A stretch of 63,718 nucleotides of DNA, filler included, from Choristocarpus tenellus KU-1152 (lineage: Eukaryota; Protista; Phaeophyceae), in assembly GCA_964200185.2 (NCBI GenBank). It is 8 parts of 8 records of this genome, joined end to end, with 100 filler letters (N's around TTAATTAATTAA, not from the genome) between each part and the next. Parts side by side here need not be neighbours in the genome. Positions count along the whole stretch, not along the records: positions 34,017 to 45,788 come from CAXNAD020002146.1; positions 45,889 to 48,486 come from CAXNAD020026404.1; positions 48,587 to 56,545 come from CAXNAD020005341.1; 5 more parts are not named here. One strand, given 5' to 3'. The notes below the pieces were generated by a model. It did no database searches, was not told the origin of the DNA, and worked only from the letters and a program-made list of their open reading frames with translations. Of this stretch, positions 40,380-54,068 are shown piece after piece (the first letter of the stretch is position 1; the number at the start of each line of letters is the position of its first letter). The translations under genes and the position numbers were made by a program.

Positions 40380-40900
40380 ACTCCAGGACCATCCAAGGAG
40401 ACGACGAAACCATAAGAAAAAACTCCAGGTCATAGTAGAGAGCTACCAAGAATCCCATGTAATGAGGTGAATACTGAGTATTCTCTCCAGTTTGAAGAGA
40501 CAAGATAGGACTTCCATGTTACAACACGCTCCAAAGCTTGACTCCACAGAATGTATACCTCCAGCTCACAAGCCTATAGATGTCGCTGATGCACGTACAG
40601 AACTCCTGAGGTACATCGATAGCCTTACGTCCAGCGAGAACGGTAGGTATCCGATCAACAGATGATGAAGGTGTTGAAACCTGGGATTGAATGTATCTTG
40701 CTCTTGTACTGTGGCAGGTTGGTTGTGACTAATGGACCTCATAGTGCAATGAAGTACCGGTGATTTCTGGCTTATGAACCTTGTGAAATGGTGTGCATAG
40801 TCAGATGTTATTTGGTAAAGGTGGATATTCCTGGAGACACTCAAAGGAAGAAGTAGTTCATGCTTTGAGTAGAAGCTTGGCACCTTGTGAAGAAGGATTT
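40380..40900 (-). mobile_element. Degenerate retroelement RT/RNase H remnant; related copy near 47640-47780
   Basis: Nucleotide similarity between 40510-40620 and 47655-47760; decayed DAS..GL RNase H-like word. Confidence 0.35.
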
Positions 40901-42035
40901 TTGTGGATGTTTTAACTCTGAATATATGACATCTACTTGTGTATCAGATACACTTATAGCAGAGTAAGCTTCATGTCTTCTTGTGGACAATGCCAGGCAG
41001 AACTAGGACAGTCAAGATATGACACACACAACTAATGGATGTAATGTGAAGATCAAAATAAAAACAAAGACATTTTTTTTAATTAATGTAGGACAACTCA
41101 TATGGCACTTACGCAAACTATCTGTATGTTTGACACATGTCCACTACTCCATACATCCTATCCACATCAATGTTCTAACACTAATTTATGGAGTGTTGAG
41201 GAAGTGCTGCTATATATGATGTAAATTTGACTGACGATCAAAACCAATGTGAAAATGAGTCAGTATGCAAGTGGTAATATTGTATGGTATTAATTACACA
41301 CGGATGTGTAGTCTATGTAGACTATTCCATCTTTATATATATGCACGATAATGTTCTAACAATATTTGATGATGCTATTATGAGGAGTTGATAATGTATA
41401 TGTAACTAACGACCAGTACGAATGTGCGAATCAACAATCTGTATGAACTGGTAATACTGTACTGTGATAACTACAGAGAAGACAAGTAGACTAGGTTGTA
41501 AGAAAAGTTCTAGCCCTTTCAAAATGAGTGTTCAATATTTGGTATAGAGTGAGAAGAAAAAATTATTTCGTGGATTGTAAGATAAGTTCCCCACCCCCAA
41601 TCCTCATCCAATCATTGGGAAGAAAATATATTCTCTTTAACTAACTGGGTTTTGAATTTGGGTAGTCCAATGAGAGAGCGCGGGCTGACAACAACCTGAT
41701 TTGTATGGAGAACCTCAACTATAACTAGCGGGAAGTTTCAGATTCTTGGGAAGAACAGAATTATGTTTTCAGAGATATTCTTTAAAAGGTTGAAAGAGGA
41801 AGTTTGGATGTAGATACTATAAGATGTCAACTTACATCCTCCAATATGTTTCTAGTCCCTCTCAAATCCACCCACTTATTTCAATTAATATATTCACACA
41901 CGATTTTTTGCTAAAGAGACTTCGACCATCATCCAATATATCTCACTTCACAGTGAATTGGCAGTATCATAACAAACACCCTGATACCTCAAGGAACGCT
42001 GTTGTCGGTGGGGAATCCCCTTAAAAAAGTTGACC

Positions 42036-45000
42036 ATGAATGGCTTGGCCATCTGCTGCTGCAAAGACTTCTTCCGTGGAGATGAAGATAGGTACTACAA
42101 TGTGATTAGAATATTGTTGCTCACACATCGCTTGCTGTCATGTGTACGTTGCAAGCACTCATCGAACACCCTGTACTATTGTCCCAACGTTTTTGCAGGG
42201 ATGGGCTCTACAATGCACTTGAGGTGGATCGCTCGGCAACGCAGGTTGAGATCAAACAGGCGTACAAGAATATGTCTCTACAGATTCACCCAGACAAGAT
42301 TACTCAACGAGGACTGGAAGTCACTACTGTGGACAAAGAAAAATACCAGCGTATGAAGGAATCGTATGATGTAAGAAAGAGGGTCGAAGAGAGGCAAACG
42401 CTGGAGTTGAGGCATGTTCGACATGTTTTTCAAGTTCTAAAATTGTTTGCACCCTACTTCGCCCCCCTGATCTGCGATCCTCGATGCATGCTTAGGTGCT
42501 GTCGAACCCACAAAAGAGGGAGCTGTACGACCAGTTGGGAGAAACGGGAATGAATATGATGGACGATCCGGTGGCGTCCGTAAATGTAAGCTCTCATACA
42601 TTCTAAGGGTTAACAATTTAAACGACAGAAAGCAATTGTGTAAGGTGCGAAGTAGTCCTTGGAGAGTGCCTCTCAGGTGTAGAATCGTCCTGAAGACTTG
42701 GTAGAAACTGCCCTTCTTGTTGCACAAACTCCCCAGTCAGCGAGTTGGCAATGGCTATCGTAAATGATATCTGTTTTCTCGGTATTTAGTGTGGACTTCT
42801 TATTTAGATTGGCTGATAGAAATTGTCAATGGCGTTTGAAAGGCGCCAATTATTTTTGACGTTGAAACTTCGTGAGAAAAGAGGTTTGTGATAAAATCAC
42901 TCTATGTATCGTTTTTGTTGCCATGTTCTACTACTTGCTTCTTAAACTATATATCTCGTATTGGAGTTCTCATTGTCCACAAATGGTTGCAAGTCTTCCT
43001 ACCTTACATGTTTCTTGCGTTAACCGTAACTTGATCTCCTTCTGCAGGACATGGGGGAAAACGTGCTTAAAATGAGGACATCAGACCGCCTCAAGCTTAT
43101 CTTTTTTGTCACGGTATTTGTTGGAGCAGTGCTTCTATTTCCCATTCTCTTTTGCTCAAAGGTGGATGGCACCACGTCAGCAAGCTGGACAGTAATATGG
43201 ACACCCCTCTGGATATACGATGCCATTGGTGAGACGGCAATGTAATGATGAATCTGGCGCTAAAGAATAGCAGAAGACAGCGATTGGACACAGTTTTGAA
43301 ACATGTTCTTGAGTATAAATGATATTTGTAGAGTGTTCAAGGTTTGCAAAAGGTTTCGATTATCTTTGACATCAACGGGAAAATATTTGTTGAAATTCCT
43401 TCGAACCCATTAAAAATATGTGTTACTATTAGAATTCGATTAGTTGCATTTACCTTGAGAACAGGTGTATAGGATTCTTTGGCCAATAGCTTGATGTGCA
43501 ACCTAGTTCAAGAGTTTGGATTGTTTTCGCAGCTCAACAATGAGGTAGGTATGTTTGAATCCTCCAGAATTCTAAGCGGTCGTTCTTACTACGCTTGTGC
43601 AAATAATGCTCTATTTCATTGGTTTAAGTGCACAACAGGGTATATACAAAATTGGTAATCTCCACTTGCAGCAACGAGGTGATACCACAATAAAGCAAAG
43701 CCTCTTTCTGGACCCAAAGTATCTAGGGGTCTACACCCGAGTGTCCATTTGGTCCAAAATAAGGAAAAGTGCATTTTCATTATCCATCCGACGTATGCAA
43801 CCAATCACACAAAAATCGCGGCATGAAAAAATTGACCCCAAATGGACAGCCGCCACCCCCCCCCCCAGATACTTCGAGTCTCTGCAATTGTACAACATTT
43901 AGTACTTTAGTATTTCGTCCATATCCTTCAAAGAAACTCTCCCAACCCCTCAATTAGTTTTGGTTTAATTTCTATTTCGTTTCATCATGATTTTCGGCTA
44001 CATTCTTCTTTCTATAAGGTCATTGGTCACTTAGACCACCTTGGTCGTAATTACATTAGAAATACTAGTAGTAATATTGATACTATTTTAATGTCTTGCA
44101 CTACCTCATGTCGCAGGATTGTGGTTCTTCCTGTACTACATCAGTCTGGGGAATGTTGAGATCCCTGAAGGATCGGAAGATTGGAAGGACTCATACCCCA
44201 TGTACATGCGCTTCTTGGGTCTGTTCAAGTGGTTGCTTCTCATCCTGTTCCAGGTGCTGTTCCTTAATATTTTTCTGTTACATATTTTTCTTATGGGTAA
44301 TTGCTCCTCTATCTACCTTCCAAGTACAGTTTCGGAACCACTCACAGACTATTGCAGTGTATAATAGTAAGGTGCTGTCAGTACCTAAAAAGACAGCAGA
44401 TACTTTCTCCTCCAATAATATTTATCAGTAAGTGGTCTTAGGTACAAGACACATGCAGCACAGTGTCCATTCTAAACATTTCTTGTTGCCATGTCTCCAA
44501 TGCTCATGCATGCAACTTGTCTGACCCTCTCTGCTATTCTGCCCTATTCTGTCACATACAGATCTTCCTGACACTGAGGCTGGATGGAAACACAAGCTGG
44601 AACTGGTTTGCTGTGTTTGTTCCCTTGTTTGTGTGGGGTGGTATCTGCTTGTTGGAGAACGTGGTCAAAGTGAGTTTAATTGTAAGGGGTATCATCACCA
44701 GAGGTGATATGTAGAGGACATCTTATGACCATATTGCTTGCCATCTCTTGGCACTTATTTTTCTTCAGTACTTGATACTATAATAGTATGGTAGTATAGA
44801 GGTTGTTTCCTTGTATGCTTAGCATAGACTGGTGGGAGACTGAACTCATGTACTGGTTTGAATTGATCATTACGCGGTAGCAATCAGTTGGGTTTTACTC
44901 TGTATTTAAATATTCATATTTTCTTTCGCCTATTGTTAGTGATATTCTATCCTTCTTACAATTCAACTAAAATTTATATTATTATGATCTCTGACATTTT

Positions 45001-45598
45001 CCAGATATGTCAGGGGGGAAACCAGTGAAAACTGTTCACACGTCAGTTTAACCCCTAAAATAAAATGTCATAAGTGTGAAAACACTAATCTATTTGTTAT
45101 TTAACTACTAAATATGTGAACCAACCTGATTTGATTTGGTTGTCCTGGAGTTGAAGTTAGGACATTGAGATGAACAGGAGTTTTTTATCTCCTATTTTAC
45201 CTTATTAATAGAGAGTGGTGGAAGGTGTCATCAGAATGTCATGGTGAAGACATTGCATGGCAGTATTTGCGGGCTGAAAATGAGTTTGAAGGTATAATAT
45301 AGTACCAGTCACAGCTGCAAGTACTTGTGGTGGCAAGACTGTGGTAGTCTGTAGTGGTTATTAGTAGTATAGTGCAATCTATCTATCTGTGCACTCTTGA
45401 TATCTCTGATGCCAGCACAGGTATCTCCTCAGCAGAAATGTTTTGTGCTTACCCTCTTTGTGACATCAGAGTCTTCAGAAAGTACCAGAGGAAGGTGAAT
45501 CAGAAGGTGACTCCATGCTGGATGAGGAGTTAGGGGAGCTCCCATTTGATGAGACAAAGAGAAATGTAGCTATGGCTGAGAGAAATTCGGCCCGAAGG
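42036..45598 (+). CDS. DnaJ (J-domain) protein with multi-pass TMEM185/Fragile-X-F-like membrane region, 3' truncated by linker; exons 42036-42091, 42199-42370, 42496-42585, 43048-43228, 44117-44253, 44562-44669, 45470-45598
   Basis: LYNALEV..EIKQAYK..IHPDK..YDVLSNPQKRELYDQLGE J-domain with HPD. Repeated KVDGTTSASWTVIWTPLW and RLDGNTSWNWFAVFVPL membrane motifs. Splice phases are consistent. Confidence 0.88.
43711..43880 (+). mobile_element. MITE family B (Sola-like), in a DnaJ intron
   Basis: TIRs GACCCAAAGTATCT and AGATACTTCGAGTC; perfect 4-bp TSD TCTG (43707-43710, 43881-43884). Confidence 0.9.
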
Positions 45599-45888
45599 GT
45601 GAGTGAGTTTGTCTTTGCTTTGCTTTACTTTGCTTTGCTTTGCTTTATTGTAGCTGCAAACGATGGTGAATGGAGAGGTGCACTGGGGTGTTTTGCAATA
45701 TTATGGTAATGTAGAGATGTTACAGGCGCCCCTCAATGCTCACCTTTCCAGGATGTACAAGTCAAATCCAATTCACAGATTAACGCACNNNNNNNNNNNN
45801 NNNNNNNNNNNNNNNNNNNNNNNNNNNNNNNNTTAATTAATTAANNNNNNNNNNNNNNNNNNNNNNNNNNNNNNNNNNNNNNNNNNNN

Positions 45889-46110
45889 GTGCGCTTTCGC
45901 GCCTCAGCTGCAGCAGCAACTACACCATTGGTGGTGGATGAATTGGTGAGGTGGGAGGTGGTCTGTACCTCTGCGAAGGTGACGTCCAGCAGAAGACCTT
46001 TGTCCCTGTAGGGGGCTGTTCCAGCATCTGCTAGTAGTGCCCTTGCATGGAATACTAGATCCATGCGAAGATTTCGGTCCAAAGTGAAAGGGCTACCATC
46101 CTCCGTAGTG
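45889..46110 (-). mobile_element. RLE-domain fragment of the CRE-like LINE
   Basis: DRNLRMDLVF..KGLLLDVTFAEVQ..AAAAEARKR, homologous to 36174-36420 and retaining PD-(D/E)xK-type residues. Confidence 0.85.
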
Positions 46111-48760
46111 CATGTTAACTATAATATTTATCCATCTACGTATTGGTTCTGTAATGTTGTCAGATTCTAAATTCAGTAGAGTGTAGTGTGACAGAAACTC
46201 ACTTCTCATCATATGAAAAGATGGTGGAGGAAATCGATACATCATGTTAAAGAAGATACATTTTTCTCCCTCCTTTGTTCGTTCGGGCTCCAACAAAAAA
46301 CCGAAAGAGCGAAGCAAAGAGGGGTTGAGGCTTCACTAACGCCAAGGATTGGTGAGTTCACAACTGTCTTGGATTGTGTCGATCACACCACAACAAGGTG
46401 TGCCATCATGCACTTCGAGGTAGAGACATCAGGCGAGTATGATTGATACTTGATGTATCGTCCAGAAAAGCACAGAGGAAAGTGAAGGAACCAGAAATCC
46501 GAGAGAGATTGAGGGGAGGTAAGGAGATAAGCCCGATCATTTCTTACCTGGTTTCATGATTGCTCATGTGGGGAATGAGAACAAAAGGAATATAGGAGAA
46601 ATCCTGTTTTGGCGGGATGGATGCTTCTGAAATCTAGCATGTTAGGATGATGAATTATCATAGTGGAGTTGAATATTGTCGAGTGACTGAAGTAGTAATT
46701 GGATTATCAATCATTCATAAGATAGCAGCTACAAGGAATTGGGTAATACACCTTCAATGAACTTATTATTTGAGGGAGTGACTCTCTCGAAGACCAGGAC
46801 ACATCGTGTGTGATGAGTGCTTGGTTTGATAGAACCTTGGAAAAGAAGAGAATGTTGAGAATGGAATATGAATGGTATATCAATGGTTGTGTGGAATGGG
46901 AATGGGCTGGCAATTTGATAGTGTGGAGTACTCCCAGTTGGGGAGAGTAATGCATTGATTGTGATTTAAGTGTGGTGAATGATCCTGAGGAAATTCTCCT
47001 CATGGAAGAGATGTCACACCATCTCAAGACTGTCCAAGAGACGATAGTACTATAATCCACAATTGACGATACAAAGGAAAAGGAGGATTATACCCACATA
47101 TATTTTTCCTATGGTATGGCTCAGGTACAATACCGAAAAGTAACGGTGTAGAAATGGAGGAACTCTATGTTGCCTCTGCACTTAATCCAATGGAGATCAA
47201 GAACCCACAGGTTCCTGGGCTTCCCATTTCTGTTACCCTTTTCGTATAAGAAAAGTCTCCTTACAACTCAGGGGTAATTAAAACAATCCCTTCCTTTATA
47301 TAGTAGTACATTGATCCAAATCCAGTCGAGTTCAGTCTTTCTTCCCAAGGAAATCTGGTTTCAATAGACTCCATGCCAAGCACAACAAGATCGTGCACGT
47401 ATACCCTCCTGTCTGTCATCAAATCACAAAGAATAAGGCAGGATAACCTGAGTTATGAGGGGAAAGATTGAATGGTCGTATTCACCAGGTGAGTACTATA
47501 CAAATATGTGATGGAGTACGCGGGGCAATGAAGTGAGATGTGGGATGGCTGAACCCAATGCATGACGAAAAACAAGACACGTATGTGGCAATGCAATTTT
47601 AGATGTAGTGTAACAACTAATTGGTAGTTAATGAGAGAAAATGTAGTGTGTAGTCCATGTGTTACAGCGTGCTCCAGAAGCTCACCTCCACAGGATGTAT
47701 AGCTCCAATCTACAGGCCTATAGATGATACTGATGCACGTATAGGACTCCTGATGCACAAGTCGTCAGGTATGTTGGATCTCTCACTTAGATTATCAACA
47801 ATATCATCGTATAAAAAGGAACTGGTCAACGATATCTTATCACAATCGGGGACCATAATGATCAAATAATAAACAAATAGTCAAGGAGTACAAATACATC
47901 AAATCTAGGACTTCAAGGTCATAATGGTGTTTATGAAACCGTCATCAAGATATATCGCCCGTAACACATCTGATTTCGGTTGGCACCAAGGTATGGGTCG
48001 AACTTGGTTTCTGAACATATATTTGACGTTAGATTGGGGACATTTTTTCTTTAATTTGCAACTCCTTCATACTACTTGGAGTGGGAGGATGTAGGTTTAC
48101 CAAAATGTTGGGTCCCAACGATTACACTTCCTACCTAAATAGGGGGGAAAACTTTTCAAAAATCGGAGAGTAAAATATGTTATGATTGATGCGAGAATAT
48201 TGATGGTTTGAATGGGAAAGTTTCTGAAGTAATCTGAGTTTTGTGGGCGGAAGAATTCTGGTTGGCTGGGGGCACAAGGCAAGGATGGGGTAAGTAAAGA
48301 AATAAAAGCATCAAGGAGGGAACGAAAAGTTAAAGATTGAGTGGTTAAGAAAATAGGTGGCAGACGGAGGCACAAGGGGAGAAGGAATGAACAGTATTGA
48401 ATCGAAGAGGAAACCTGAGGCTGGGGGACAAGACGAGGAGGGCTAGATCAAGAGGACCCCCGAGCAAGCTTTCCCGCCCACCCACCNNNNNNNNNNNNNN
48501 NNNNNNNNNNNNNNNNNNNNNNNNNNNNNNTTAATTAATTAANNNNNNNNNNNNNNNNNNNNNNNNNNNNNNNNNNNNNNNNNNNNTCCTAGTTTTGCAG
48601 ACACAGCTTCCTCATAGACATTACCACCATTCCAGGCATAGGAACATAGACATGTGGAAAAAAGATTTTATACAACCCATATAACCTAGGGTCAAAAACG
48701 GACGCCGGCACCCCCCCCAAATACTTATTAGACTCACCCATTCGATTCCTTCACACCTAC

Positions 48761-51700
48761 CTGAAAGAATCATATCGGTTGGATCCCGGACAAATTGTAC
48801 GATCTTGACTCTACCACTGTCATGTTCCATGGGGGTGCAGGTCTCTTCAGGAACATATTTTTTGCATTTTGCAAAACCAACAAAATATCCTTCGTCTTCC
48901 CGCACCCTGACAAAAAGAAGGTTGGCGTGGGTAGGGACGCTAAGAAGAGGACATTGGATGGACAACGAACACTGTGGAGAAGAGCAAGCTACTAAATCAA
49001 GCATGTGCGGTCTTTTATCAAAAATTGTTCTAACATTGATTTGTTGAACCAACAGTAGAAAGGAATTGGGAGGTTGTCCAGCAACAGTTTCGAAATACTC
49101 AGCACTTCGCGACTAGCTATGTACTACTTGCAAGCGATATATCTGAGCTGCACATGGATCTCCATTTGGGAGAAAGATGACAGTACCTTCTTGATTTTTG
49201 CATGCACAGTTTTAAATCACAATTGAAAAAACCCTCAATCGAAAACCATCTAGCTGGATAATTCAAAGTAGCTGGGTAGCCTGGGTAGCTGGATGAGTAG
49301 TGTCATTGTAACCTTCTCAATTGCACAACTGCGAGATCTCTACATTAGTCCAGAATAGAATCATTTAGACAAAAATACAACTTCCTTCTACTTCTGGGAT
49401 TCATTGTGAACCAAAATAATGACCGAAACAATATCAGGTACGAAATATTCCAGTGATTGGATTTGGTGTTGGCCCACAAGGAGAGAGTTGCCTAGGACCA
49501 CGATGGAAACGATTGAGGTGTGAGTAGTTGAAGATTTGACCTTGAACAGTGAAGATGGATGTATCCCGATTTTAGCGCAACAACATCACGAATAGAATTC
49601 TTGGAGCGGATACATAAGAAAGAAAACGAATATTCAAAACAGAAAAAGATATTACTATTTCTCACAACCTCACAGTAAGAACAACATCAAAATAATGAAG
49701 TAACTCATGTACAACAGAGTAATTACCACAACAACAAAAATTGTGATGATATAGCCGAACATGCAGAAGATGATGATCAGCAAAACTTTGCACTTGACTT
49801 AAGGTAATTCTCAGTTCACTAAATTGAGTCAATAAACTGTTGTGGTTCATAACACTTGACTTTTCTCTATCTCTTCAACTAACTAGAGAGAAGGGAAGAG
49901 CGGTTTGTATTACAGATATTAACTAGTTCATGTCCATCATTAAACAGAACTAATTTTGAGGAGAAGAGCAAATCGAAACCTTTTAAGTTGAGTACAACGA
50001 TTTTGAGGTGGGATAGAACAGTTTTCTGGCATTTGTCCCATCGTAGATACCCCCAAACGAAGAGGATTTAGGTAACTGAGTAAGTAACGTTGCTGTTGCA
50101 CTGTAAACTACACATCCTTGAGCTGATTAATCTCTTCATTGCCCTTGCGGGTGGTGTCATCCCCAGGGCAAGGAAGTATGCTTTGCAGACACTTGGCATT
50201 GCTTGAATTTATACCAGAAGTAACTGGTAGTTTAGCAGTCTCTCAATCTTTGGACCTCTGTTTATAATCATTGTCCCCAGCACAATGAGGGTCCCTCAAG
50301 GTGTGTGACAAATTGACATTTCTTTGCACCTAAACCTCCGCCTCTTGCCACTCAAAGTTGACAATGCGAGAGGGTCATTCAAGGTCTACGGGCACATGGG
50401 GGGTAGGAATTCCTCTCGTTGAATCTTTCAATGAATGCCAAACTGTTACGATGGAAGTTGTGGTGTCAATAATCCAGTAAAGGTAACAAGAGAGACCAAG
50501 GTGTGAGTGTGATCTGCCCTTCATTCTTGATGTTGCTGTGTTTGTGTCATTTCCTCTGACAACTTGTGGTGAAGGCACTTTCCCTTCTTCTCCTGTGTGT
50601 CCCTTGCAGCATCATCTTTTGCACCTATCCTCGCACCTCACGGCACAAGTTCCTCAAGCTTTGTCAACAGAATTGTGTCCATTCCCTGGATATGCATATT
50701 CAGTTCGACATGAAGTAGTAATGGTGTCAAGCGATAACCCTCTGAATTTGTTCATCTAAATGAGAGCAAGTTCCGGCCAACCTCATACAGTAAGAACTGG
50801 GTACTGCAGAGTACAATGCTTCACATGGGTGGCACAGGAGGGCTCCATTGGCAGGTGAAGAGGAGGAAGAGGGATTTTTATATGTGGTGAAGTGAAGGAC
50901 AGCATCCGATATTAAACAGTCAAGGACCTCGAGAAGCATCAGGTGAAAAGGCACATGGAGTGAATGATTGTTCTGTGCAAGGGAGGTGTGCCTCAGGAAT
51001 TCTTGTGGGCTGAGCTAGAGAATATAATGAGAACACCTGCCACTAAACAATCATGGACCTCGAGCAGCACCAGGAGTAGAGGCACATGTAGTGGCTGATT
51101 GTTCTGGGAAATGCTAGTGTATCTAGGGAAGACCTTGGGTGCTGAGCTTGAGAGAATAGACAAGAAGGAGTGCCTGGGTACCAGGGATATGTTGTACGTG
51201 GAAAAGGAGAGGTGTGTCAGGGTTTGGATGCATCCCCTCTGCCAAAAAACACAAACATGGAGGAAATTGGAGGGAGGGTCAAGATGAAAGGTAGTTTGAG
51301 ACTGTCTATGCAAAATGTAGAGATCAAGCTTATCCTGCATATGCATGTCAAGATGTGGAGCCCATGCACAACTTGACCATCAAACTCTCCATTAGAAAAT
51401 CCTAAATGAGTAATGAAATTATCAGATCAGTGTCCGGCCAGACAGCACAACAAAGATAACATTCTGGGTTAACCATCCCCTTCATTTTTCAACAAAATCG
51501 TTGTACTGCAGGTAGAAGATGTCTAACGATAGCTGACAAAATATACGATTTCACACTTTGCAATAAGCACCAATACACACCCAATATATTCATGCAAGAA
51601 CACAACATGCATAGAGCATATGATTCGAGTACTTGCAAAGTAATCATTTTCTTTCCCTTGCACATTCCTGCAAAGAAATCGGATGAGTCATAAGGGAATC

Positions 51701-54068
51701 TATACCACCTCAAATCCCAAACACAGAAATGCAGAAGTGGAAAGAATGAGAAAACCTCTTTTGCGGAAATATGGTTTTAATTATACCAATTGCATATAGC
51801 AAGCACAACGTAATATGCACCTGTACTATTATATCTCTCACTAGAGTATACCACAAAAATGACAAACCGATAAAGAGGTGGCAATGTTGAGAAGGGTCCA
51901 CCACAAGTTTCGAATAAGCAGGCAGGGCAACGAGCAGTGGGATGGCTAAACCAATGCAAAACAAATAAATCACAAACGGAGGCAGTACAAGCAATTAGTA
52001 GCCAAAGTGCAAGAGATAGTTCCAGTACTACTTGTATTGAGTATGAGAAGTGGTGCAGCGGTTAACGCCTCTGGCGATAGATCAGGATAGTCCCAACGCT
52101 TATGTGACGCAAATTAAAACAGCAATGGATTCCGAAACACTATTAGTAGATTCCGCTCTTTCCACTATTGAAACTTCCAGAATAATATGACCGCTATGAT
52201 CAGTACTTTCTCTACCGCAAATGAAATTTTAGAATGGAAGCTTTTAATTCAATTTGATTGGCCACTCCATAAATAATTGACTTAACTATTGGGCGTATTG
52301 ACTTTTGAAGGGAGGCTGAAGGATAATCGCATTGCCTGATCAGCATGTTTGCTGTCCATAAAGAAAAGATCCTTATCCAATAAAGGGTGTCAATGAGAAT
52401 GATCACCTGGATCAACTGGCATTGAATTGTTTAGCCTTCAAAAGTGTGAAGGGGAAGCAAATATGTAGACCGCCCTACTCCATGAATTGTCTGCCTCAGC
52501 TTGATATTTGTACACACTCTAATCAATTCCTGCCCTCGTTAATGACTCAGAAACAGACCAGATAGCTTACTCCTTTATTATATTTGAATCACTGAAGTCA
52601 AGATGGTGGCCAATCTCTAAAGGTTCAATCAAACTTTCCAATGGATCAGGGTTTGGGAAATTAGGAAAGTCATATGAGACGTCAAGCTGGACAGCTATAC
52701 CATATGGAAATGAACTTCTGAGAATCCATTCCAGTGTGTTGCCAAAACTCTGGGATACACGGAAACAAGAAAGAGCAACCTGTACCAACACTACAACACC
52801 TCTGAAGCATTGTCGGATCAGGTCAGGCACTGGAAAACAATGCATACCTGGAGCGTAAATGGAGTATTGACCACCATTTGGAACAAATTGATCCTCCAGC
52901 TCTGGAGCGATTCGATAATAAAATATATCAAAATAGACTATCCTCTGAAGTATGAATTCATCCTCTTAGAAAGGCATCGCAAACAAGTAGGGTCTGTCTC
53001 AGCAGAGGCAGGATCCCCAGCATGGGACATACCCGCTGCAAAGTGAAGGAATATGCACTGCAGAGGAATCTCTAGACAACACACCTTCATCTTTAAACTG
53101 TTTCGTAATTGATCTGAGGTACTGGTCAAGGTACTTGAAGTGTCATTTGTATAATTCCAAACACGTGTGCAATACAGAGCTCAACAACATCAAGCATTTG
53201 AATATTTTCCCTCTAAGCAGCAATCACAAATCCATGAGGACGTCAATAGTAGTCCCTGAGGATGTAGCATCACACAATACACAGACAGCATACCTCAAGT
53301 GGTCCATCCCTGTGCCACATCCCCAGTCCTGGGGCACATGCTCTGGCTCTCCAGCTGCTTTCGCAACCTCCCCACAGTATTGCAATAGTGATTTACGGAC
53401 TTCTGAGGCAAACACCGTACCAGATTTATGTGCTGTTGCAAACTGTCAAGAAGGGGAAGGAAAGAGAGATGTTTTCCAGGGGTGAAAACTAAATTTTCAA
53501 ATACACCACCAAAAGCGTGAGACAATACTATGGGAAGCCCAAGTATCTCTGAGAGCATTATATATTTCAAGGGTGAACATTTGATCCTAAGTTTAGCCGC
53601 AACTCCACAATTTATGAGATATATAAAGGAACTCAACACACATCCACATAGCTTGCAAAAAACGTCTAAACGGAGCTTCTCTTTTCTCTACCAGATTTCC
53701 AGTGATCTCAGGTTGTACATTGAGCACTTACATGACTTAAGCTGCGTGAACCCAGGTACAAGAAAATAATATTCCACTTCCAAAGACAATGCAAAAGACG
53801 AGTCTTCAAATGGCTCTTCTTACGGCAGCTCCTCACAGATTACAGAGGAGGGACTTAAACAGGTACATAATCCATTCTTAGACTCGCTTGTTTCTATCTT
53901 TTGTTCTTCTACGATTATCAAACACTGACCAATTGGTGCAACAAACCATATAGTCTGAATGCGGTAAGATGGCAAAAGAGAATCCCATTTCGGTTGTCAT
54001 TGCCAAATCGTATTGACACCCCCTTTTGTAAAGAGATCCGTATCTAGTGTGGCAGTGTGCTACATATT
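48761..54068 (-). CDS. Sulfotransferase-family gene (partial, possibly pseudogene); supported exons 54068-53947, 53442-53294, 48844-48761
   Basis: 5'-PSB-like loop DYM|FATAHKSGTVF and 3'-PB-like motif VKIVQFVRDPTDMILSG occur in the correct order, each in an AG/GT-bounded exon. Intervening exons (about 52570-53040) could not be joined without a stop. Confidence 0.6.
50905..51120. repeat. Diverged tandem duplication (period about 130 bp) in an intronic repeat remnant
   Basis: AAACAGTCAAGGACCTCGAGAAGCATCAGG..GATTGTTCTG recurs as AAACAATCATGGACCTCGAGCAGCACCAGG..GATTGTTCTG. Confidence 0.6.

Noticed and set aside
46110-48486. Possible Gypsy-type LTR element
   Set aside because: Only faint motif remnants and no LTR pair or intact domain; cannot be classified by eye.
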